Translations under genes and position numbers: made by a program
The notes under the pieces: model-generated
Seen by the model: only the letters and a program-made list of their open reading frames with translations
Told to the model about the DNA's origin: nothing
The model's database searches: none
NCBI GenBank assembly: GCA_038065555.1
Contig: JBBTQS010000002.1
Coordinates: 26,399 to 90,398 of the forward strand
Direction: 5' to 3'
Length of the DNA stretch: 64,000 nt
DNA from: Patescibacteria group bacterium
GTDB lineage: Bacteria; Patescibacteriota; Patescibacteriia; Magasanikbacterales; JBBTQS01
Shown here: piece by piece, positions 50,642 to 59,209 of the stretch
Layout of the letters: every line of letters starts with the position of its first letter
Numbering within the stretch: position 1 is the stretch's first letter

Positions 50642-51229
50642 TCAGCGTTGCTGGATTCTGCCGAGCACTTGCGTCGTGCATTCTTCGATGCCAGACGCGA
50701 CGTGCGTTGGTGTCTTCCCAGAAGCGCCGGGGTATCTGATGCTCTTTGGCACGAGAACACAGGAGGGTAATTCCATTTCCGTATTTCGCGTGAGCATGGT
50801 GTAGGCGCGCTGGAATTCTTCGGTGAACGTCCAGTGTTCTTCTGTTTCGTCGTGCCATAGGACGACGTGTACAGGTAGACCTGTGTTGCCGCGTTCCTTC
50901 CAGAATTCCTTGACGAAGATGCATGGGCCGCACCAGCGCGAGCTCAGGATGACCAGGACATTGTCGCTGTTGTTCCGGAGTTGCTCGCGAAGCTCGACGA
51001 GTGAGCTGACGCGGGTCATTGCTGGTGGTTCGTCGATATCAGCGATGTTGTTTTTGTTGGCATCCTCGCACCCTCGGGTCTGCCGTGGGCCGCGAGTTTC
51101 CATGCATCGGTCGTCAGCATTGAGGACGCCATCGCCATCAATGTCGTTGGCTGGATACATGCTGATTACCGTCGCACACGCGCCGAGGCACAACATCATG
51201 AAAAAAAGTGGAATGATCGATTGTCGCAA
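50642..51229 (-). CDS. Thioredoxin-like putative lipoprotein with TSP3-like Ca-binding repeat
   Basis: LGAC lipobox, DIDGDGVLNADDRC, WCGPC, ELP; SD AAGGAG, promoter TTGACA(51326)-17-TAGTAT. Confidence 0.7.
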   Translation of the reverse strand: MRQSIIPLFFMMLCLGACATVISMYPANDIDGDGVLNADDRCMETRGPRQTRGCEDANKNNIADIDEPPAMTRVSSLVELREQLRNNSDNVLVILSSRWCGPCIFVKEFWKERGNTGLPVHVVLWHDETEEHWTFTEEFQRAYTMLTRNTEMELPSCVLVPKSIRYPGASGKTPTHVASGIEECTTQVLGRIQQR

Positions 51230-51330
51230 GAGGCTCTCCTTGGATTGTATTCGACTACCACAGCGAACCCGTCGGGTACGTGCGAGGTAGACGGGGGATA
51301 CTACGATGTTTGATCGTATTTGTCAATATG

Positions 51331-51404
51331 TGGGCGCGCATGGACTCGAACCATGGACCAGTCGTGTATAAGACGACCGCTCTAACCACCTGAGCTACGC
51401 GCCC
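51331..51404 (-). tRNA. tRNA-Ile(UAU)
   Basis: GGGCGCG acceptor, D arm GCTCAGGTGGTTAGAGC, anticodon arm GTCGT-CTTATAC-ACGAC, discriminator A. Confidence 0.9.
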
Positions 51405-51417
51405 GTGTGTGGGGAAT

Positions 51418-52533
51418 TTACCACTTCCCATCAGCAACAACAAGGTTGCGTATGAGCTCAGTATGGATACGGTCGTGCACTTCGGAGAGTGGCGCAGCGA
51501 TGCGGCAAGATGCTGCGGTGGCGTTGCCGACAGCGCCAAAGATGGCGAGGATTTCTCGTGCATGGATACGACGGTTGGTGGTCGCGAGCACGTGAGTTTC
51601 GTCGCCGTGGTCCGGATGTGTATACACCACCACACACGCATTGATCTCCGGAGAGCTTGCGAGAATTTCGTCCGTGATTTCGCCGAGCCATTCTGGTGTA
51701 CACCCTGTTGCTGCAAAAATATCTTTGGTGAGCACAACAGTCGCAAACGCACGCGCTGCATCATGCTGCATACGCGTAAGCACTTCGCCCCAGAGACGCA
51801 ACATCGCAATGCTGCGCTGGCGGAAAAGATGATCAACAATGACTTCGCGAGACGCGCCATCGTGGATGAGATTGGCAACGAGTTTGAACGTGCGCTCGTT
51901 CATGGTGTGCGAGCGGAATGAATGCGTGCGGCCGAGAATCCCGGCGAGCATGAGTGTCGCATTCTCCGGTGTGTACCATGCTGGCGCGAGTTCGCGAGCC
52001 GTGATGCCGATGATTTCGGAAAGTGATGCTGCGGTCGGATCAATAAGGTTGATTGCGCCAGAGCGGTCATTGGCAAACGCGGTATCGATCACAACAGTTG
52101 GTGTGTGGTCGAGCAAATATTGGTGTGTGGTCGCAACGCGTCCGAGTGACTTGCGATCGTGCGCGCCGAGAATCCAAATCGTGTCGTACTGGAGCTGCGT
52201 CGCGTCAGTTGCGATCGTCGAAGGATCGATTGGTGCTGTCGAAGGTGCAACGGTGAATTGCAATGTATGTGTCGTGCGCTCGGGGATCGTAGTGAGAATC
52301 GAAGTCGACTCAGGAATGAACGCAAGCGCTGATTGTGCGACGTACGCATCAGCAACAATATCACATGCTCGAGGACGATGGAGCGCGATGAGTCGCGACA
52401 GTGCCGCCGCAGACGCAACAAGATCAGCGCGACTGCGCAAGCGAATGTGCTCCGAGAATTCCGGCAACAAAATCAAATGCCGCGTTGCAGGTGCGAGGAG
52501 ACGTGTAAGTTGTTCAATCAGGCTCAGTGCCAT
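51418..52533 (-). CDS. DHH/NrnA-family phosphoesterase-like protein with degenerate motifs
   Basis: Fold cues: VVID..N...GAINLIDPTAASLSEI, ATLMLAGI..T.SF, LRLWGEVL; DHH replaced by DTA. Confidence 0.7.
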   Translation of the reverse strand: MALSLIEQLTRLLAPATRHLILLPEFSEHIRLRSRADLVASAAALSRLIALHRPRACDIVADAYVAQSALAFIPESTSILTTIPERTTHTLQFTVAPSTAPIDPSTIATDATQLQYDTIWILGAHDRKSLGRVATTHQYLLDHTPTVVIDTAFANDRSGAINLIDPTAASLSEIIGITARELAPAWYTPENATLMLAGILGRTHSFRSHTMNERTFKLVANLIHDGASREVIVDHLFRQRSIAMLRLWGEVLTRMQHDAARAFATVVLTKDIFAATGCTPEWLGEITDEILASSPEINACVVVYTHPDHGDETHVLATTNRRIHAREILAIFGAVGNATAASCRIAAPLSEVHDRIHTELIRNLVVADGKW

Positions 52534-52676
52534 GGTGGTCTTGGTGGCTCCTTTGTGCGATTCCGTCTCCCCACGGAAGAGGGGTAGCTTACCTGGCCTT
52601 CGCGGATGTGTCAACGGGGCAATCCTCTGTAAAGTAAAAAGGGGCGATGGTATACTTGCACCACATTTTTCTTTCT

Positions 52677-54221
52677 ATGCCTCGGCATCCTGAATCAGAC
52701 CCCCATGCACGTCGTGAGCGTGCGCATAATGTGATGCCATTGTATATCGGTCGCGCGACACAGGCGTGTGAAACGCATCCAAACCGCAACGAGGATAGTT
52801 CAGTCGTGTGGGGTACAGAACGAGGGGCGAATATCATCGGTGTTTTTGATGGCATGGGAGGGCATCCAAATGGCGATATTGCATCGCGTGTTGCTGGGGA
52901 AGTAGTCCTTGAATCGATAGCTGCACAGGAGGCGCAGATGACACATGATGACCAGTATTTTGAGATGGTCGCCAACGCTTTGCGTCGTGCACATGAATCA
53001 GTTCAAAGAGAACAGCAGCGTCTTGAAGCTACCGGTCAAGTAGCACGCGGGTCTTTGCACATGGGTACAACCGCATGTGTCGTTACATTTGCGCCAGAGC
53101 GTGATGGCAATCGTCGAGCATATCTCGGGCATATTGGCGATTCGCGCGTGTATCGGTATCGACGCGGACAGCTGGAGCATCTCACACTTGATCACAGTGG
53201 ATTGCGCAAACAAAAGAAGGGGAAAGCTCCTGTTGATTATCGGCGGTTACATGATCCGAATCTTCGTCCTGGAACGGTTGACCAAGAGTTACTCAGGGGG
53301 CAGCAAGAATTGGGAAAAACAGTTATTCCTGAAGAACGAGAGGGTGAATTTAGATTTCGTAATGTCGTTGCTCAATCACTGGGCATCGGTGAAATCAATC
53401 CTGATGTTTTTGAAGTCGATTGTGAGCCGGATGATGTATTTCTTGTACTCACGGATGGAATCACAGATCCACTTACTAAAAATAAAATAGCGAAGATTGT
53501 TGAACTCTACCGTGGCCGACCAATGGAAATGATGCATGCGTTGGTTGCTGCGGCAGATGCGGTGAAAGGTGCGCGCGCAAAGCCTGATGATCGGACTGGA
53601 ATTGTCGTGGAGACATACAATGCAGAGAAAGCAAAAGAGGAGTTGTCACGCCGGGCTCCCGCTCCAAGAGATACACGAAATGATGCCACAGATCTTGCTG
53701 CTATCGATCAGACAGCAACGCAGGCACGTTCTGCTCGAAGACGTGTTGCTTCCGAGGAGCAAGAGCATGGAGCAAGTAGAATAAAGAAACGATCACTTAC
53801 TGTTGGTGAGAGAGTTCGTATTCCCGGTCGCCGTGGAGAATTCGAGATTGTTAAATTTAATTCAAGTACTGGTGACGCGCAACTTATTGCTGTGACCGTG
53901 GGTAATCGGTGGGATCGTTGGCTTTTAGATGCGCCGCCGGTTGGTGTTGTTGTGGAACATCCGCGGATGGAACTGATAGAAGCAAACCCACAACCTGATC
54001 TTCGTGCGATTAAGCGCATAACTTCTATACGGCCACTGGCGCAGTTTTTGGAGCAGTTTCCTTCGATTCCCGTGTATGGGACAGAGACACCTGGTGCTGA
54101 TTTGGCAAAGTTGGTCTTACGGGTGCTGGAATATCCAGGATATGTCGTGAATCTTCCAGACACATATGGTCTTCGCGCTCACGTGGAAAAATTGTTGAAA
54201 AAGGAGAAAGAAGCCAAGTAG
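52677..54221 (+). CDS. PP2C/PPM Ser/Thr phosphatase with unknown C-terminal extension
   Basis: RNED, GVFDGMGGH, MGTT, HIGDSRVY, TLDHS, LTDGI, DDRT. Confidence 0.88.
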   Translation: MPRHPESDPHARRERAHNVMPLYIGRATQACETHPNRNEDSSVVWGTERGANIIGVFDGMGGHPNGDIASRVAGEVVLESIAAQEAQMTHDDQYFEMVANALRRAHESVQREQQRLEATGQVARGSLHMGTTACVVTFAPERDGNRRAYLGHIGDSRVYRYRRGQLEHLTLDHSGLRKQKKGKAPVDYRRLHDPNLRPGTVDQELLRGQQELGKTVIPEEREGEFRFRNVVAQSLGIGEINPDVFEVDCEPDDVFLVLTDGITDPLTKNKIAKIVELYRGRPMEMMHALVAAADAVKGARAKPDDRTGIVVETYNAEKAKEELSRRAPAPRDTRNDATDLAAIDQTATQARSARRRVASEEQEHGASRIKKRSLTVGERVRIPGRRGEFEIVKFNSSTGDAQLIAVTVGNRWDRWLLDAPPVGVVVEHPRMELIEANPQPDLRAIKRITSIRPLAQFLEQFPSIPVYGTETPGADLAKLVLRVLEYPGYVVNLPDTYGLRAHVEKLLKKEKEAK

Positions 54222-54285
54222 CATTTACCGAGCGTTTAGGCGGCGTTGTTGTCAATGCATAAAGGGTTCTATACAATGCCCCTAT

Positions 54286-56955
54286 ATGCAAAACGCCATC
54301 CCAAAAGCCTACGAACCGAAAGACTACGAGGACCAGATGTATGGACGCTGGGAGGCGTCGGGGTTTTTCAATCCAGATGTGTGCGTGGAGCGGGGAGTGA
54401 CAGCGGAGGACGCGGAGCCGTTCACGATTGTGTTGCCGCCGCCGAATGTCACAGGAACGTTGCACATGGGCCACGCGGCGATGCTCGCGATCGAAGACGT
54501 GATGATTCGTTACGCGCGCATGCGCGGCAAGCGCACGCTCTGGCTCCCGGGCACAGACCATGCGGCAGTTGCGACCGAGGTGAAGGTCGAAGGGCTCCTC
54601 ATCAAGGAGGAAGGATTCAAGAAGCCGAAGGAAGAACTTGGCCGCGATGCATTCCTCGCGCGCGTGCACAAATTCGCGAAGGACTCGCACGACACGATTG
54701 TGAATCAATCGAAGAAAATGGGCTCGTCGCTCGACTGGTCGCGCGAAGCGTACACACTCGACGACCAGCGCAACCTCGCCGTGCGCACAGTCTTCAAGCA
54801 GATGTACGACGACGGGCTCATCTATCGCGGCTATCGCGTGGTGAACTGGTCAGTGAAAGGACAATCCACGTGCAGCGACGACGAGCTCGTCTACGTCGAG
54901 CGCCCAGGTAAGCTCTACTTCTTCAAATACTCTCACGATTTCCCAATCCCGATCGCGACCACGCGTCCGGAGACCAAGCTTGGTGACACTGCGGTTGCAG
55001 TGCATCCGGAAGGGAAGTGGAAGCAATACATTGGACAGACATTCACTGTTGCAGACTTCGGTCAGCCTGGCCACACGCTCACGATTCATGTGATCGGTGA
55101 CGACGGCATCGACGAAACATTTGGTACTGGCGCACTCGGCGTGACCACTGCACACAGCCCAATCGACTTCGAAATGTACATGCGCGAAAAAGCGCGTGGT
55201 AATGACATTGGTATTGTCCAAGTGATTGGCGAAGACGGTCGCATGACTGCAAATGCTGGTGCTGCGTATGTTGGACTCACCGTCGCAGAAGCTCGCGAAA
55301 AAGTTGTTGCGTGGTTGCGTGAGCAGAATCTCCTCACCGAAGAGAAGGACGTCATGCAGAACGTCGGTACGTCCGACCGTTTCACTGACGTTGTCGAACC
55401 ACTCCCGAAGACACAATGGTTCGTGGACGTGAACAAAAAGATCCCTGGCAAAGGCCGCTTCGCTGGCCGCGAAGTCTCGCTCAAAGAAATGATGAGCGAA
55501 GTAGTCCGTGACGGCTCCATCGAAATCCTCCCCGATAAGTTCAATCGGACCTACTTCAGCTGGATCGATAATCTGCGCGACTGGTGCATCAGCCGCCAGG
55601 TTTGGTTTGGACATCAGATTCCCGTGTGGTATCGCGGCACCGAAGTCTATTGCGGTGTGAACGCACCAGAAGGCGAGGGGTGGACACAGGATCCGGATTC
55701 TCTTGATACTTGGTTCAGCGCTGGATTGTGGACGTTCTCAGCGCTCGGCTGGCCTGAGAAAACAAAAGATTTCGAGACGTTTCACCCAACCACAGTCCTC
55801 GAAACCGGCTATGACATTATTTTCTTCTGGGTCGCGCGCATGATTCTCATGACGACGTACACGCTCGGCGAAGTGCCGTTCAAGACCGTGTACTTGCATG
55901 GCCTCGTGCGCGATGAGCAGGGTCGCAAGATGAGCAAGTCGCTCGACAACATCATCAACCCGCTCGACATGATCGAGAAGTATGGTACCGACGCCACGCG
56001 TCTCTCGTTGTTGCTCGGGAGTACGCCAGGAAATGATGTGAAACTTTCCGAAGAAAAAATCGCTAGTTTCCGCAACTTCACCAACAAGCTCTGGAACATT
56101 GGCCGCTATATCCTCTCGACTGAAGGTGTTGCAGAAGCGACAGCGTCGTGGGAATGCAAGACGCTTGCAGACCGCTGGATTGTTGCGCGTATGCACGCGG
56201 TGACTGAAGAAGTTACCAAGGCACTCGACACCCACGCATTCTCCTACGCTGGTGAACGTTTGCGTGACTTCACGTGGAGTGAACTTGCAGATTGGTATCT
56301 CGAGGCAAGCAAGGTTGCGCCCAATCCCGCGCTCTTGCGTCAGTTGCTCAGCACGTTGGTCCGCTTGTGGCACCCCTTCATGCCCTTCGTCACCGAAGTC
56401 ATCGCCGACATGATGCGCGACACTACATCATCGGAATTCGTGATGGTCAGTCGCTGGCCAGATGCGAGTGAGATTCCGTCGGACGACACCGCAATGCGGG
56501 AGTTCGCGCTCGTGCAAGAGTGTGTCACCGCTGTACGTGCAATGCGCCAGACTTATCAGATGAGTCCGAGCGCGGCGGTTGTCGCGCACGTCATGGCCGA
56601 AGAATCGACCTGGTCCCACATTACCGCGCAAACAGAACTCATCTGCAAACTCGCCCGCGTCAGCTCGATCGAACGCGTCACTGCTGTTGCTGACAACACA
56701 GCGACCACTGCATTTGGTTGGGGAAGTGTTTCCATTCCACTTGAAGGCCAAATCGACGTCGCTGCACAGCGCACTCGCATCGAGAAAGATCTCGCTGATG
56801 TTACGCGCTACATCGATACCCTCCACAAGAAATTAGACAACGCAGACTTTGTTGCTCGTGCGGCAGCAGACGTTGTAGACAAAGAGCGAGAGAAGCTCGC
56901 CGAAGCCACGACGCGGCGCGATGCGCTCACAGCGCAACTCGTACAGCTTGGATAA
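54286..56955 (+). CDS. valS: Valyl-tRNA synthetase
   Basis: PPPNVTGTLHMGH, ATTRPET, DWCISRQ, DTWFS, KMSKS, C-terminal coiled coil. Confidence 0.97.
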   Translation: MQNAIPKAYEPKDYEDQMYGRWEASGFFNPDVCVERGVTAEDAEPFTIVLPPPNVTGTLHMGHAAMLAIEDVMIRYARMRGKRTLWLPGTDHAAVATEVKVEGLLIKEEGFKKPKEELGRDAFLARVHKFAKDSHDTIVNQSKKMGSSLDWSREAYTLDDQRNLAVRTVFKQMYDDGLIYRGYRVVNWSVKGQSTCSDDELVYVERPGKLYFFKYSHDFPIPIATTRPETKLGDTAVAVHPEGKWKQYIGQTFTVADFGQPGHTLTIHVIGDDGIDETFGTGALGVTTAHSPIDFEMYMREKARGNDIGIVQVIGEDGRMTANAGAAYVGLTVAEAREKVVAWLREQNLLTEEKDVMQNVGTSDRFTDVVEPLPKTQWFVDVNKKIPGKGRFAGREVSLKEMMSEVVRDGSIEILPDKFNRTYFSWIDNLRDWCISRQVWFGHQIPVWYRGTEVYCGVNAPEGEGWTQDPDSLDTWFSAGLWTFSALGWPEKTKDFETFHPTTVLETGYDIIFFWVARMILMTTYTLGEVPFKTVYLHGLVRDEQGRKMSKSLDNIINPLDMIEKYGTDATRLSLLLGSTPGNDVKLSEEKIASFRNFTNKLWNIGRYILSTEGVAEATASWECKTLADRWIVARMHAVTEEVTKALDTHAFSYAGERLRDFTWSELADWYLEASKVAPNPALLRQLLSTLVRLWHPFMPFVTEVIADMMRDTTSSEFVMVSRWPDASEIPSDDTAMREFALVQECVTAVRAMRQTYQMSPSAAVVAHVMAEESTWSHITAQTELICKLARVSSIERVTAVADNTATTAFGWGSVSIPLEGQIDVAAQRTRIEKDLADVTRYIDTLHKKLDNADFVARAAADVVDKEREKLAEATTRRDALTAQLVQLG

Positions 56956-57025
56956 TTGCATTGACGCGCAGCGCTAGCCTTGGTAGGCTGGCGCTGGTTT
57001 TTCATGCTCTTCCTGTGGAGGGGAA

Positions 57026-57424
57026 ATGCGCAATCAGCAGAGGCCAACGACTGTCGAGAGATTCGAGAGTCAGTTGGCGCAACCGATGGGTATTCTCAAA
57101 TACGAGATGTGGTATGGCGAACATGCCATGCGGCATCTCGTGGAGGAGATGGCCGCGCTGGAAGTGTACTCTGTCGATCTTGCAGTACTGCTTGATCTTA
57201 GAGAGCTTCTGCTTCGGAAATTCAGTAACACAGGAATCATCTGGGCACTGGGACCTATGCGAACCTCGGGGTTCATGCCTGTGCTCAGTACAGTTGTTGC
57301 TGGTCTTTCGACCGACGAGGGTCTGGAAGGAATCGTGCATGCAACTGTTTCGCCGTACGGATTCGATTGCCCGCAGGTCGCGCGGTACTCGTTTCTCGTA
57401 CGTTGTTCCAACCGCGTTGCATAA
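57026..57424 (+). CDS. Hypothetical protein (accessory)
   Basis: Promoter TTGACG(56961)-17-TAGGCT, SD GGAGG. Confidence 0.5.
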   Translation: MRNQQRPTTVERFESQLAQPMGILKYEMWYGEHAMRHLVEEMAALEVYSVDLAVLLDLRELLLRKFSNTGIIWALGPMRTSGFMPVLSTVVAGLSTDEGLEGIVHATVSPYGFDCPQVARYSFLVRCSNRVA

Positions 57425-57450
57425 CGCGAGTCACAAAAGGAAAGACAAAA

Positions 57451-57885
57451 ATGATCAAGTACGAACTTCTCCGTGTCGAAGGTGCGCCACAGCGCAACGG
57501 TCGTGTGCTCGCGTTCCTGCGAGCGATCATCACGCCGGACGAAACGCATCACACGGTGGTCGAGCTCGCGCAAGCAGCTCGTGCTCGTGATCTAGTTCTA
57601 CCTGAGTGGGATCTGCTGGTTGGGCTCGTCCAAACTGGTACGCTGCCAGGCCACCAGGCGTTCGTGGATGCATTCGACAAACTGACAGAGGGTATCACGT
57701 CTCAGCTCCTCGTATTGCCGCAGGAGGTTGCAGACGACAACGAAGTGGCCGTGTGCGTCTGGGGCTTCCAGTTGCGCATGGTCCAGTTCTGGCTCAATGG
57801 ACCGTCGAATGTCGAGATCGACTGGATCAACCCGCCGCCGCTCTACCTTTTCGTCTGGGCGCTCCCTGTAGCTGCCCCCAACTGA
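57451..57885 (+). CDS. Hypothetical protein (accessory)
   Basis: AAGGA SD-like sequence before ATG 57451; terminator follows. Confidence 0.6.
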   Translation: MIKYELLRVEGAPQRNGRVLAFLRAIITPDETHHTVVELAQAARARDLVLPEWDLLVGLVQTGTLPGHQAFVDAFDKLTEGITSQLLVLPQEVADDNEVAVCVWGFQLRMVQFWLNGPSNVEIDWINPPPLYLFVWALPVAAPN

Positions 57886-57887
57886 AC

Positions 57888-57937
57888 ACCGCCCGCACCG
57901 CTTCTCAACTGAGGCGCGTGCGGGCGGTTCGTTTTTT
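57888..57937 (+). terminator. Intrinsic terminator
   Basis: ACCGCCCGCAC/GTGCGGGCGGT then TCGTTTTTT. Confidence 0.7.
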
Positions 57938-57987
57938 CTGGACGTTTGGGCCTTATTCTATTAAGGTAGGTGTATATCGAAACCCGT

Positions 57988-59205
57988 ATGTCTGTATCCA
58001 CCGACCCCTCAGCTATTGCGAATCTTCTCACGCGCGGCGTAGAGAACGTCTATCCGTCTCGCGAATATCTCGAGGCGCGTCTGCGCGAGGGCAAGCAGCT
58101 CACGCTCTATTGTGGCTACGATCCAACGGCGCCGACGCTGCACATTGGTCACGGCATCACGCTACTCAAATTGCGTCAGTTCCAAGATCTCGGACACAAG
58201 ATCATCATGCTCATCGGCGATTTCACCGGCATGATCGGCGATCCGACGGACAAATCTGCAACTCGCAAGCGTCTCACGCACGACGAAGCAATTGCGAATT
58301 GCAAACGCTACCAGGACCAAGTTGTGTCGATTTTGCGTTTTGATGGCGACAACGCGGCGGAGATGCGATTCAACAATGACTGGCTCGGCAAGATGTCCTT
58401 CGCAGATGTTGTCGAACTCGCAGCGCACTTCACCGTACAGCAGATGATGGAGCGCGATATGTTCGAGCGCCGCATCGAAGAAGGGAAGCCGATCTATCTC
58501 CACGAATTCTTGTACCCGCTCATGCAGGGGTATGACACTGTCGCGATGGATGTGGACGGCGAAGTTGGCGGCAATGACCAGACATTCAACATGCTCGCTG
58601 GCCGCACACTCATGAAGGAAATGAAAGGCAAGGAGAAGTTCGTGCTCACGTCGAAATTGCTTGTCGCAGCTGACGGCAAGAAGATGGGCAAGTCTGAAGG
58701 CAACATGATCTCGCTCGAGGATTCGGCAGAGGACATGTTCGGCAAGGTAATGCGTTGGGAGGATGGCATGATCGACCTCGGATACGAATTGTGTACACGT
58801 GTGTCGCTCGAGGAGATCGCAGCAATGCGCGACGCGCGCGCTGCAGGCACAAATCCTCGTGATCACAAATTGCGCCTCGCCTTCGAAGTCACGCGCACGT
58901 TCCTTGGTGACAAGGCGGCCGAGGATGGTCGCGCGTACTTCTCACAGGTTATCCAGCAGCGGCAGACACCTGATGACATGCCAGTCATCGAAATTCGTGA
59001 ACCGGAAATGAACATCGTTGACTTGCTGGTTCGCGCAGGACTCACCGAGAGCAAGAGTGAAGCACGTCGCGTTGTCGAAGAAGGTGGGGTAACAGTGGAA
59101 CAACAGACAGTTCGCGACATTTCTACGATTGTGAAAATCGGTACCGGCGTGACCATCCAGAAGGGCAAACGCCATTTCACCCGCGTCATGCCGCGCAACG
59201 ACTAA
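57988..59205 (+). CDS. tyrS: Tyrosyl-tRNA synthetase
   Basis: GYDPTAPTLHIGH, IGDPT, YPLMQGYD, GGNDQ, KMGKS, C-terminal S4. Confidence 0.97.
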   Translation: MSVSTDPSAIANLLTRGVENVYPSREYLEARLREGKQLTLYCGYDPTAPTLHIGHGITLLKLRQFQDLGHKIIMLIGDFTGMIGDPTDKSATRKRLTHDEAIANCKRYQDQVVSILRFDGDNAAEMRFNNDWLGKMSFADVVELAAHFTVQQMMERDMFERRIEEGKPIYLHEFLYPLMQGYDTVAMDVDGEVGGNDQTFNMLAGRTLMKEMKGKEKFVLTSKLLVAADGKKMGKSEGNMISLEDSAEDMFGKVMRWEDGMIDLGYELCTRVSLEEIAAMRDARAAGTNPRDHKLRLAFEVTRTFLGDKAAEDGRAYFSQVIQQRQTPDDMPVIEIREPEMNIVDLLVRAGLTESKSEARRVVEEGGVTVEQQTVRDISTIVKIGTGVTIQKGKRHFTRVMPRND

Positions 59206-59209
59206 CGCT

